A stretch of 37,222 nucleotides of DNA from Parcubacteria group bacterium GW2011_GWC1_45_13. Its GTDB lineage: Bacteria > Patescibacteriota > Minisyncoccia > UBA11713 > 2-01-FULL-45-33. The notes under the pieces are model-generated. The model was not told where the DNA came from, did no database searches, and saw only the letters and a program-made list of their open reading frames with translations. Position numbers and translations under genes: made by a program. Positions 26,117-34,759 of this stretch are shown piece after piece. Numbering within the stretch: position 1 is the first letter of the stretch; each line of letters starts with the position of its first letter. Where the stretch lies: positions 1 to 37,222 of the forward strand of contig LCKG01000001.1 of NCBI GenBank assembly GCA_001001285.1, in the 5' to 3' direction.

Positions 26117-26839
26117 TTATTTAAAACTTTTTATCTGATTTTCCAGCGCTTTTTTGTTCTTAAATAAAAATTCAGCCAATACCCATTCCTCCGGCGTATC
26201 CAAATCAATGGAGCGCCATTTGTCACAGACGACGGCTTTGGTGTTTTTTGTAAATACGGATTTTTCCTTCAAAAGCGCCGAAGTTTTTACGATATAAACA
26301 AAACAGCCGTTTAAAAGATAGGCCGGGGGCCATTGCTGTATATTGCTGGATTTGCTTGTTTTTTTATTGGCTAAAATAATATTGCTTTTATTATCTAAAT
26401 AATAAAGTCTTGGATGCGTTGGCGCAATAGTAAGCACGGTAGATGCGTTGGTGCGTTTCATCAAATTCCAGCAGGCCTGAATGTCGCGATGTTCGCGAAG
26501 CGGCGAAGTAGTTTGCAAAATCACAATATGCGTTGGCGCGTAACCTTCGTCTTTTTTTAAACGATTCAACAAATGAATTATCGCCTCAACAACCTGCGCT
26601 TTGTCTCCGGCAAGATGCTTCGGCCTCAAGTAAGGCGCCTCCGCGCCGTATTTTTTGGCAACAGAAGCGATTTTTGGAGAGTCTGTGTCTACAATTACCC
26701 TGTCAATTAACTTATTAGATTTTGCCTGCAAAATAGTATGGGCAATCAGAGGCTTCCCCAAAAAATTCCGGATATTTTTATTCGATATTCTCTTTGACCC
26801 TCCCCGCGCGGGTATAATAACTAAAATTTCTTTTTTCAT
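26117..26839 (-). CDS. neuA: CMP-nonulosonate synthetase (acylneuraminate cytidylyltransferase)
   Basis: 240 aa. IIPARGGSKRISNKNI, VDTD, LQTTSPLR, NG and SIDLDTPEEW motifs. Confidence 0.93.
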   Translation of the reverse strand: MKKEILVIIPARGGSKRISNKNIRNFLGKPLIAHTILQAKSNKLIDRVIVDTDSPKIASVAKKYGAEAPYLRPKHLAGDKAQVVEAIIHLLNRLKKDEGYAPTHIVILQTTSPLREHRDIQACWNLMKRTNASTVLTIAPTHPRLYYLDNKSNIILANKKTSKSSNIQQWPPAYLLNGCFVYIVKTSALLKEKSVFTKNTKAVVCDKWRSIDLDTPEEWVLAEFLFKNKKALENQIKSFK

Positions 26840-28074
26840 TAACTTACTTTATATTTTAACTTCCATTCGCCGTTTTCTTGTTTCCAAAGGTGCGGGTCGC
26901 GGAAAGAGTCCACAATTTCAGTGAATTCTTTTTCCGTCATGCCGATGTAATCTAAAAATTCGGGGAAATACCTTCTGGGCAATTCGCCGTCAAATCTTTT
27001 AACTAGCGCGATACCTTCGTCGCGGGTGATGTGGTGGTTGCGGATTTCCTGCGCCGCGTCCTGCGTCGCGCGTCCGTAGCCAAATTTTATGTAAGTCGTG
27101 TAGTAAAAATATCCGTCGGTTTTATCGTCAATGCTGTTATATTTTGAATAAGTGCCTTCGGTGCGCATTGGGTTTGCCTCAAATCCCGCATGTTTGACCG
27201 CATAATAGTAGCATTCTTGCGGTACCCATTTGATGTAAGAACTTAGATAATGAAACTCGATATTGTTTTCCTTAATAATGCGCTGGTCCATCGGCAAATA
27301 AATCTTTAGGTCGCCGTAATTTACTCCTTCTTTGATATGCTCCGCAATAGATTTTCCGCCAAGAAAAATTTCTTCCGGCTTCTCATCAGGATTTAGGTAA
27401 TTAGTGCTAAATCCAGAGCTTCCGCCCTTATCTCCGATTTCCGATGAAAATCCTTTTTGGTGTATGGAGATATTCGCTCCGTATTCGCCGGGATGATCTC
27501 CGTAAAAAATAAGGGGGATATTGAATTTTACGGCCATTTTGGGAGCAAATGTTTTCTGCCCTAAAATAAACGGCTGGAATGGGTGCAATAAATTAATAAA
27601 AGCGTTGCGCGTAATTAAACGATGGATTTTGCCGTTTGGAGTAAATAAATAATTATCAAACCCGCCGATATGAATCCAGTTTTGAAAATTTTTCCAGCCG
27701 ATATCGGTGTACAGATGAGGCGACCATGTTACGGTTAAAGGGTGCATTCCATATTTGTATTTCAATATGTGGGCAGTATAGGCACTATCCTTCCCTCCGC
27801 TGCCTGGAACCAAAACATTGTATGACCCGTCGCTACTTCTGTGCTTTTCCAAAAGTTCCAACAGTTCTTTTTCCCGCTCCTCCCAATTGATTTGATTATT
27901 TTCTTTAGCCTCGTTAAAACGGCAGGCCGAACAAACGCCTTCTTTGTCAAATTTAATGAAATCGTGCTCCCGCGCCGCGGTATGCTTATATTCATTGCTG
28001 GAAGAAGGGCGCGTATTCGGCATTACGCATTTTTTGCAAAATTTTATTTCTTCCGGCAGTCCGTATTTAGCCAT
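26839..28074 (-). CDS. N-acetyl sugar amidotransferase (WbpG/WbuX/PseA family), copy 2
   Basis: 411 aa. CKKC...RP...CSAC, SGGKDS, EGTYSKYNSIDDK and KFGYGRA motifs. Confidence 0.9.
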   Translation of the reverse strand: MAKYGLPEEIKFCKKCVMPNTRPSSSNEYKHTAAREHDFIKFDKEGVCSACRFNEAKENNQINWEEREKELLELLEKHRSSDGSYNVLVPGSGGKDSAYTAHILKYKYGMHPLTVTWSPHLYTDIGWKNFQNWIHIGGFDNYLFTPNGKIHRLITRNAFINLLHPFQPFILGQKTFAPKMAVKFNIPLIFYGDHPGEYGANISIHQKGFSSEIGDKGGSSGFSTNYLNPDEKPEEIFLGGKSIAEHIKEGVNYGDLKIYLPMDQRIIKENNIEFHYLSSYIKWVPQECYYYAVKHAGFEANPMRTEGTYSKYNSIDDKTDGYFYYTTYIKFGYGRATQDAAQEIRNHHITRDEGIALVKRFDGELPRRYFPEFLDYIGMTEKEFTEIVDSFRDPHLWKQENGEWKLKYKVS

Positions 28075-28087
28075 CGGTATGTTATTT

Positions 28088-28729
28088 TTATATTGTATTA
28101 ATAAAATTTTTAATTATTTTAAGCCCAATTTCTCCGCTTTTTTCAGGATGAAACTGGCACCCGTAAATATTACCATGTTTAATGATAGAACAAAATTCCA
28201 GCCCGCCATAAGTAGTCAGACCGAAAATGTTTTCTTTTTTATCTGGCGCTAAAATATACGAATGCACAAAGTAGACATCTAATAATTCTTCGGGGATAGA
28301 ATCCAAAATAGTTCCCTGCCAAGAAGCGCCTTTTGGCATATAAATTTTATTCCATCCCATCTGCGGAATTTTTTCATTGTCCATCAAGCCAGAAAATCGC
28401 GCTACTTTGCCCGGCATTATATCCAATCCGTTAAAAATCCCGAACTCGTGCCCCTCCGAAAGCATAAGTTGAGCGCCTAAACAGATGCCTAGCATTGGTT
28501 TATTTTGAATTGCGAAATTTTTCACGGCATCAACTAAATCGCGGACCTTAAGCCCTCTCATCCCAGCTTCATATGACCCCACGCCGGGCAAGACTACAGC
28601 GTCAGATTTTAAAATTGCCTCCGCGTCCTCGGAAACAGCCGCTTCAATGCCGCAGAAATTGAAAGCTTTTTTTAAACTTTGCAAGTTGCCTACGCCGTAA
28701 TCAATAATTGTTATTTTTGGGTTAGCCAT
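28088..28729 (-). CDS. hisH: Glutamine amidotransferase subunit, HisH-like (glycan-associated, WbuY type)
   Basis: IIDYGVGN, LPGVG, GICLG, YFVHSY and QFHPEKS motifs. Start set at ATG 28729 (MANPK), just after the hisF stop. Confidence 0.9.
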   Translation of the reverse strand: MANPKITIIDYGVGNLQSLKKAFNFCGIEAAVSEDAEAILKSDAVVLPGVGSYEAGMRGLKVRDLVDAVKNFAIQNKPMLGICLGAQLMLSEGHEFGIFNGLDIMPGKVARFSGLMDNEKIPQMGWNKIYMPKGASWQGTILDSIPEELLDVYFVHSYILAPDKKENIFGLTTYGGLEFCSIIKHGNIYGCQFHPEKSGEIGLKIIKNFINTI

Positions 28730-28730
28730 A

Positions 28731-29492
28731 TTATGCCATTCGCACATTAATATCTTTTTCTTTTAGATAATTTTTTATATCCCTTATGTTAAAATCTTTA
28801 TAATGAAATATGGAAGACGCAGAAATAGCATCAGCGCAGTTTTCGGCCACGACCCGTTCAATTGACTTCAGATCTCCGGCGCCGCCGTGCGCTATAATCG
28901 GAACCGTGGCAAAGGACGCAATTTGTTTTATTAAATCCAAATCGTAGCCGCGCCTCGTTCCGTCCCGGTCAACTGAAGTGATTAAAATTTCGCCCGCTCC
29001 AAGTTCTATGCCGCGTTTCGCCCATTCAATGGCATTGAACCCCGAACGCTCCCTGCCTCCGTCCGTGTAAGCCTCGTAAGAGCCGTCCTGCTGTTTTTTT
29101 GCCTCAATGTAAAGCACAATGCATTGCGAGCCGAATTCTTTGGCGGCCCGGCTTAGAAATTCAGGATTGCGGACAGCAAAAGTGTTGATAGCCACTTTGT
29201 CAGCCCCCGCCCTAAGAGCGTTATTGATATCTTGAATGCTCCTGATGCCGCCGCCCGCGGTGACGGGAATAAAAATATTTTCAGTAACGGATTTCAATAA
29301 ATCAAAGTCTAAGTTTCTTTGGTAAAGCGACGCCACAATATCCAGATAAATCAATTCGTCCGCTCCTTCTTCATAATAGCGCAGCGCCATTTTTTTTGGG
29401 TCGCCAACGACGCGTAGCGCCTCGGTATGCACCGGTTTTACCACATTCATGCCTTTGATATTTAAAAGCGGCAGAATACGGATATTTTTCAC
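28731..29492 (-). CDS. hisF: HisF-like cyclase subunit (glycan-associated, WbuZ type)
   Basis: GDP, GADELIYLDI, GGGIRS, GADKVAINT, FGSQC and GAGEILITSVDRDGT motifs. The GTG at 29492 gives 253 aa; an alternative ATG is at 29519. Confidence 0.88.
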   Translation of the reverse strand: MKNIRILPLLNIKGMNVVKPVHTEALRVVGDPKKMALRYYEEGADELIYLDIVASLYQRNLDFDLLKSVTENIFIPVTAGGGIRSIQDINNALRAGADKVAINTFAVRNPEFLSRAAKEFGSQCIVLYIEAKKQQDGSYEAYTDGGRERSGFNAIEWAKRGIELGAGEILITSVDRDGTRRGYDLDLIKQIASFATVPIIAHGGAGDLKSIERVVAENCADAISASSIFHYKDFNIRDIKNYLKEKDINVRMA

Positions 29493-29536
29493 ACTAATGT
29501 AACTTTGAATCGGCTTCATTTGTTTTAAAAATAACG

Positions 29537-31039
29537 ATGAAAATCTGCTTTTTACTGCAAAGACGATTTGCGTATATCGGCCACGCTCTGGCCTTAATTT
29601 TAAAAGAGAAATACGGCGTAACCGACTTTTGCGGATATGTTTCTTTGCGTTCCGGTTTGGAATTTCTAAAATCCCAGAAAGACATCCAATATACAGGACT
29701 CCTGCTTGATGAAAACGTGCACAATCAATATAAAGATGAGCCGTTGGACCTAGCTTATTTAAAAGAGCTTGAAAAAAATTACGGACTTCCAAATCTCTGG
29801 CGGTATATAGAAATGGATAGAACCATCAGGCACGGTCAGCTGGTAAGAGAATATCCCCATGATGCCTCGCCCTATTCCCATGAAGAAATGATGCGGCTTA
29901 TGCAAGTGAAAATAAAAGCCATATTAAAATTTCTAAAAGAAGAAAAGCCCGATGTAATAATTTTTTCGGTTATTGCCGATTTAAGCGCCTTATTTCTTTA
30001 TCAGGCCGCAAAAAAATTTGGCATTAAAATATTGCTGATAAAGCCGTCGAGAATCCAAAGCCTTCACACCCTTACCGAAGATTATCGTTATTATAGTCAC
30101 GTTGATAAAACTTTTAATGAGCTCCAAAACGGAGAAATGGCTTTGCCGGAACACCAACTGCTGGCAGAAAATTTCCTGAAAAATTTCCGCGCCAAACCCT
30201 CACCATATTCATACCGCGATACGCCAGCCGCAAAGCCGACCACGAGAAAAAAACAGTTTGCGTTCTTGCGGCCGCGCCAAGCCATTGTTTCTTTGAAATG
30301 GACAGCTCAAATATTTACCGATTATTTCCGCAATAAATATAGGCAAGATCCTTATACCGTAAAGCCATGGCACTATATAATTGATACAATCAAAAGAAAG
30401 GCGCGCGTGTTTAGGGGTTTTGATGATTTGTACGACGAACCAAATTTTAACGAATATTATGTATTCTTCCCACTGCAAGCAGAACCGGAAATGGACATAA
30501 CGCTGCCTTCGCAATTCTACACGGACCAAAACTGGCTGATACAGCAAGTTGCCAGGGCTCTGCCGATATACTTTAAAATTTACGTTAAAGAGCATCCGGC
30601 AATGTATGGATATCGCCCAAGAAATTTTTACAAAAAGCTTAAAAAAATCCCGAACGTTAAGTTAATCAGACCAACAGAAACAGGATTCAATCTCATCCAA
30701 AACGCCAAAATTATCACTACGCTTGTCGGAACATCCGGCTGGGAGGGAATGCTTTTAAAAAAACCGGTAATAACTTTCGGGGATGTTTTTTATAACAAAC
30801 TTCCCATGGCAAAAAAATGTGATAATATCAACGATTTGCCGTGGCTCATTAAAGAGCAGCTTGAGAATTTTATTTACGACGAAAAATCTCTCGTGAATTA
30901 TATTACCGCTATTTACAAAGAAAGCGCGGATGTAGATTTAATAAAAATTTGGGAGATGGAAGGCGGCAGCCAAACAGAAAAACACAAGGAGCAGCTTTCG
31001 GCTTTGGCAAATCTTATTGCGTCAAAGCTCAACCCTTGA
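29537..31039 (+). CDS. Capsule-polysaccharide-biosynthesis (KpsS/LipB-like) protein, copy 2
   Basis: 500 aa. FFPLQAEPE, YVKEHP and GTSGWEGMLLKKPVITFG motifs. Confidence 0.72.
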   Translation: MKICFLLQRRFAYIGHALALILKEKYGVTDFCGYVSLRSGLEFLKSQKDIQYTGLLLDENVHNQYKDEPLDLAYLKELEKNYGLPNLWRYIEMDRTIRHGQLVREYPHDASPYSHEEMMRLMQVKIKAILKFLKEEKPDVIIFSVIADLSALFLYQAAKKFGIKILLIKPSRIQSLHTLTEDYRYYSHVDKTFNELQNGEMALPEHQLLAENFLKNFRAKPSPYSYRDTPAAKPTTRKKQFAFLRPRQAIVSLKWTAQIFTDYFRNKYRQDPYTVKPWHYIIDTIKRKARVFRGFDDLYDEPNFNEYYVFFPLQAEPEMDITLPSQFYTDQNWLIQQVARALPIYFKIYVKEHPAMYGYRPRNFYKKLKKIPNVKLIRPTETGFNLIQNAKIITTLVGTSGWEGMLLKKPVITFGDVFYNKLPMAKKCDNINDLPWLIKEQLENFIYDEKSLVNYITAIYKESADVDLIKIWEMEGGSQTEKHKEQLSALANLIASKLNP

Positions 31040-31805
31040 ATCTAATCAGGCCTATGCCTGCCCAGTTTTGACCCCAATTCTCAACAAACTCTTTGTAATC
31101 GTATTTATTTTTTATTTCGTTCCAAAACTTGTTTATTTTCACCCTTGACCCGGGTTTGTTATGAGGAACAACATCATGAAAAGCCACTATTCCCCCTTCT
31201 CTGACTAAAGGGCTGTAAAGTTCAAAATCTTTTTTAACTCCCTCGTAAGTATGATCCCCGTCTATGAATAAAAAATCGATCGGCCTGTTATTTAGTATGC
31301 TTTTGATTCTTTTTTGCGTTTCAACGCTGTGTGAGTCTTTTCTAACTAAACGTATTGTCTGCCGCCCGCGAGCAAAGGATTTGTACAAAAATATTTTCCA
31401 AAACGGATAACCAGCGCCAAAATCTCCGGCAGGCAAATCTAAACTAATAATCAAAGAATCTTCGGGAAGCGCCTTGGCAAACAGCATTAAAGTCCCGCCG
31501 CGCGCCGTTCCAATTTCCATCAAAGTTTTGGGCTTTTCAGAAGCAACGAAATTCAAAAGCGAAGAAATCTCGCTTTTGACCTGCCAGGGCGCGAAATAAC
31601 CCCGGCAACCATGGAAAGCGAAATCAATCAAATAATTAAGCTCTTTTGATTTGGCGCTCCGCGCCTTAATAAAGCAAATCGGCAAGCGCAAAAATTGAGC
31701 AAAAGCGGCGTTTAAACAGTACCCGTACGCTTTTTGCAAAAAAGTGAAAGTCCCTTCTTTTTGCAAAACCGAACGCGCGGTTTTAAATTTTGATTTTACG
31801 CTCAT
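31029..31805 (-). CDS. Class I SAM-dependent methyltransferase (Methyltransf_24-like, probable sugar O-methyltransferase)
   Basis: MEIGTARGGT, FIDGDHTYEGVKKDF and VAFHD motifs. The ATG at 31805 overlaps the upstream TGA. Confidence 0.87.
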   Translation of the reverse strand: MSVKSKFKTARSVLQKEGTFTFLQKAYGYCLNAAFAQFLRLPICFIKARSAKSKELNYLIDFAFHGCRGYFAPWQVKSEISSLLNFVASEKPKTLMEIGTARGGTLMLFAKALPEDSLIISLDLPAGDFGAGYPFWKIFLYKSFARGRQTIRLVRKDSHSVETQKRIKSILNNRPIDFLFIDGDHTYEGVKKDFELYSPLVREGGIVAFHDVVPHNKPGSRVKINKFWNEIKNKYDYKEFVENWGQNWAGIGLIRFKG

Positions 31806-32968
31806 CAATATTTAATTTGTTTCATTGTAGCATATAGCTGCGGGGTCCAGTTGGTATACCGCAGTTCGGAAATTCTTTTATAAGCGTTTTCTGACAGCTG
31901 TTCCAATAAATTTTTATCATCGGATAATTTTTGTATTGCCAAAGCAAGATTTTGCGGATCGTCAAATTTAAAAACGACAGCCGCGGAACCGGCCTGCCAA
32001 GCCGTCGCGCTGCCAGCCGAGACTATGCTCGGCAGCCCCCGCGACATAGCCTCAATTAGGCCCACAGAAGTAAGTTCGCGCCTCCACCTTGGCACAATGA
32101 AAATATCAGAACTATCTAAGATTTCAAAAAGTTGAGCGCGCGACAGCCAGCCAGAAAAAGTAATGCGCTTCTCTAAACCAAATTCTTTAGACATTTTTTT
32201 TAATCGTGCCTCGTCCGCCCCGCTCCCCGCTATAGTAAGATGATACTCATCTTGGCTAGAAAGCAGAGAAAAAGCGTAAATCAATAAATCAAACCCCTTG
32301 GTAGGTATGAGCCGGCCAACAGCGATAAGTTGTAGCGGTTTCTGATTGAATGTTCTTTTAGCGCCATGCCGGAAAATTTCACCGCACTCCGGGCTTATCA
32401 GCTGATATTTAGCTTCCAAGCCAAATTTATTGTACTCCATCTGCAATATCGGCGAAGTAAAAGTCGTTATCTCAATAGCATTCGCCAATAACATGCCAAT
32501 TGATTTTTCTGCAATAAGTCTTGCGCATTTTTTCAATTTTTTCAAAAAAGTATTTGCAACGTCTTCATCCGCGAGGCCAAACTCATAGACGGGAACGTCT
32601 CGAGAAAATGATCCTAACTCACGATTGAAAAAAGCCACAATTGGAACCCGCCCGCCCAAACGTTTATACAAGCCGGCGCCGTAAAGAAAAACGTGGCCGT
32701 CAACATGGAAAAAATCGGCTTCCTTTTCATATTTTTTTAAAATTTTATAAACAGCCCAAGAAATTTCTACAAGTCCGGTCTTGATTATATTTTCCTCAAT
32801 AATCTGATAAGGCTGGGGCCCCGGAATGAGGTTGGATTTAGAAAAAGCCGTGACACATTTAACGGAGTTGCCCAATGCCAAAAAAGATCTTGCTTTTCTG
32901 TCTATATCGAAAACCGACCCTCCGGACGTCTGGAAATTTAATTTAGAAGTAATAAAAATTATTTTCAT
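31805..32968 (-). CDS. Glycosyltransferase family 4
   Basis: 387 aa. VGRLIPTKG, IAGSG, FSGW and E-x7-E (ELTSVGLIEAM) motifs. Confidence 0.88.
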   Translation of the reverse strand: MKIIFITSKLNFQTSGGSVFDIDRKARSFLALGNSVKCVTAFSKSNLIPGPQPYQIIEENIIKTGLVEISWAVYKILKKYEKEADFFHVDGHVFLYGAGLYKRLGGRVPIVAFFNRELGSFSRDVPVYEFGLADEDVANTFLKKLKKCARLIAEKSIGMLLANAIEITTFTSPILQMEYNKFGLEAKYQLISPECGEIFRHGAKRTFNQKPLQLIAVGRLIPTKGFDLLIYAFSLLSSQDEYHLTIAGSGADEARLKKMSKEFGLEKRITFSGWLSRAQLFEILDSSDIFIVPRWRRELTSVGLIEAMSRGLPSIVSAGSATAWQAGSAAVVFKFDDPQNLALAIQKLSDDKNLLEQLSENAYKRISELRYTNWTPQLYATMKQIKY

Positions 32969-34758
32969 TTTGCAATTTTATACAAATAGATATTACCTGC
33001 CTGTCCGGTAGGCGGGTTGGAAACTATAACCTCTCGAAGGCCGCCGAGAACTGATATGTCCCACTCCGGATAAAGATTCTTATCGTGAACAATGTAATCT
33101 ATCCCGTAGGATTTCAACAAATCTTCAATGCCATTTTTTCTTTTTTTAATAATTGAATATTCCAAATCGAGCTCATAAAGCATCTGCTCTCTTTTTTTTA
33201 AAATTTCCGGGTCGTTATTAATCAATTTTTTATAATAATCAGATATGGTAAGCCCGGATGAAAGACCCTCTAACGATAAGTAAATATCCCGATAAGCAGA
33301 TTCTTCTTGATTTAACTTGTACCGCGGATTTCCTACTTCCCTGACATAATCTGACAAACTGTCTCTTTTTTGTTTGTTTATATATGTATAAACGTATAAA
33401 GCGTCTTTGATTCTTTTAATGGGCACGTTTACCGCACTGAAGGGGTTGCTCCAAAAGAGGTCATGGGGCGTGTAAACTGTGAATAGATAACTGTTATCAC
33501 GTTCGGCCGTAAAAATAACTCCTCCATCATTATTTTTATTTAAAATATCTATAAGCTGCCGGTAATTTTGCCGATATATTTTTAGATCATATCCGGTTAA
33601 CGTTGCCTTATATTGTCCGATAGCCGTATTAATATAAACTGCGATTAAAAGAAAGATCAATATAGCTTTTTTAAATGAGAGCATATATAGGCTTACTATA
33701 ATCGCCATCGGCACCAAAAAAACGTCGCGGTAATGCGCAGGCTGCAAAATTTTTCCTGTGATTATTTGCTGGTTCATCACGGCCCAGCCGGTTAAAATCA
33801 AAGCTAAAATCAGTGGCCAATTTCTCTTTTTTTCTATCTCGCCCTCGCTGTCTTTTGGCCGGGCATAAATAAACGCGGAAAATAAAAGCAACGGAATCAA
33901 ATTCACCATATTAAACATAGGCGTTCTGCCGTAAGATGCTCCAAAGAAATAAAACAGCTGTTTGTTTAATTCTGAATGAAGAGAAATATAAATGCTGTAA
34001 AGATTATATGAGCCAATTATAAGCCCAAAAAAAGTAATAAACAGGATTTTCTTAAAGCGCTCTTTATCACCCCTTATAAAATACAAAAAAAATAAAATTA
34101 AGTTGAAAGCTAAAATATACGACCACGCATACAGATAAATATAAAACAAAAGTCCGAAAGAAAACGCGGTTAAAATCAAATATTTCCATCTCCAAACTTC
34201 CTCGCGCAAACTTTTTATCAGTAAATTCAAATACGCAAAAGTGACTAAAGAAGGAATGTAGGGAGAAAAAGCTTGGCCGTAACCATTAATAGAAAACCAG
34301 AGATGCGGTTGAAGCAATCCGTATCCGCCAACCACCATTAACGATGTTGTTATGGACAATAATTTATCGCTTGAAAGCTCAAGAGCCAAAAAATATATCA
34401 GCAAAACCAAAACAAAAACGCCCAAAAAATTATAAAACGCGTAAATGGTTGTGATATCCGCCTTGTCCGCCAAGCCCAATAAGCGCAGTGGGGTTACGAG
34501 CATGTATTCGCTGTAATTAAAATACGGATCCTGGCCATCTTTTCCTTCTCTGAACGTATAATTGCCAAGGCCGTGCCCCTCCAAGACCTCTTTTCCGCGA
34601 GATAAATACCCCAATTCGTCGCGGCCATAATTGGCTATGTTTATTCCGCGATATCGGTTCCCGGCCATAAAAGGAAAAATTATCAGTGGCGAAATGATTA
34701 GCGTCGCCATAATTAATCCATGGGCAATAATAGCTTTGTGATTGCGCAGCTGCAGCAC
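32965..34758 (-). CDS. Polytopic membrane protein, GT-C-like (paralog A)
   Basis: 597 aa, GTG start. DE motif after the first TM (GRDELGYL), FYIYLYAWS, NQQIITG and YTPHDLFW motifs. Confidence 0.65.
   Translation of the reverse strand: MLQLRNHKAIIAHGLIMATLIISPLIIFPFMAGNRYRGINIANYGRDELGYLSRGKEVLEGHGLGNYTFREGKDGQDPYFNYSEYMLVTPLRLLGLADKADITTIYAFYNFLGVFVLVLLIYFLALELSSDKLLSITTSLMVVGGYGLLQPHLWFSINGYGQAFSPYIPSLVTFAYLNLLIKSLREEVWRWKYLILTAFSFGLLFYIYLYAWSYILAFNLILFFLYFIRGDKERFKKILFITFFGLIIGSYNLYSIYISLHSELNKQLFYFFGASYGRTPMFNMVNLIPLLLFSAFIYARPKDSEGEIEKKRNWPLILALILTGWAVMNQQIITGKILQPAHYRDVFLVPMAIIVSLYMLSFKKAILIFLLIAVYINTAIGQYKATLTGYDLKIYRQNYRQLIDILNKNNDGGVIFTAERDNSYLFTVYTPHDLFWSNPFSAVNVPIKRIKDALYVYTYINKQKRDSLSDYVREVGNPRYKLNQEESAYRDIYLSLEGLSSGLTISDYYKKLINNDPEILKKREQMLYELDLEYSIIKKRKNGIEDLLKSYGIDYIVHDKNLYPEWDISVLGGLREVIVSNPPTGQAGNIYLYKIAK
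32996..33016. repeat. 21-nt in-frame palindromic element
   Basis: cctgcct-gtccggt-aggcggg adds PPTGQAG, which is absent from the aligned C-terminus of paralog B. Confidence 0.85.
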
Positions 34759-34759
34759 G

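Noticed and set aside
18342-27708. Identical 22-23 nt segments shared by the two amidotransferases (18342-18363 = 27140-27161; 18867-18889 = 27686-27708)
   Set aside because: They encode the conserved motifs EGTYSKY and TDIGWKNF. Paralogy and codon bias explain them, although gene conversion is not excluded.
28088-29492. Histidine biosynthesis operon
   Set aside because: No other his genes are present, the pair is coupled to a sugar amidotransferase, and the catalytic aspartates are altered.
29493-29792. 100-aa N-terminal extension of HisF
   Set aside because: It overlaps the divergent gene starting at 29537. HisF similarity begins at about 29492.
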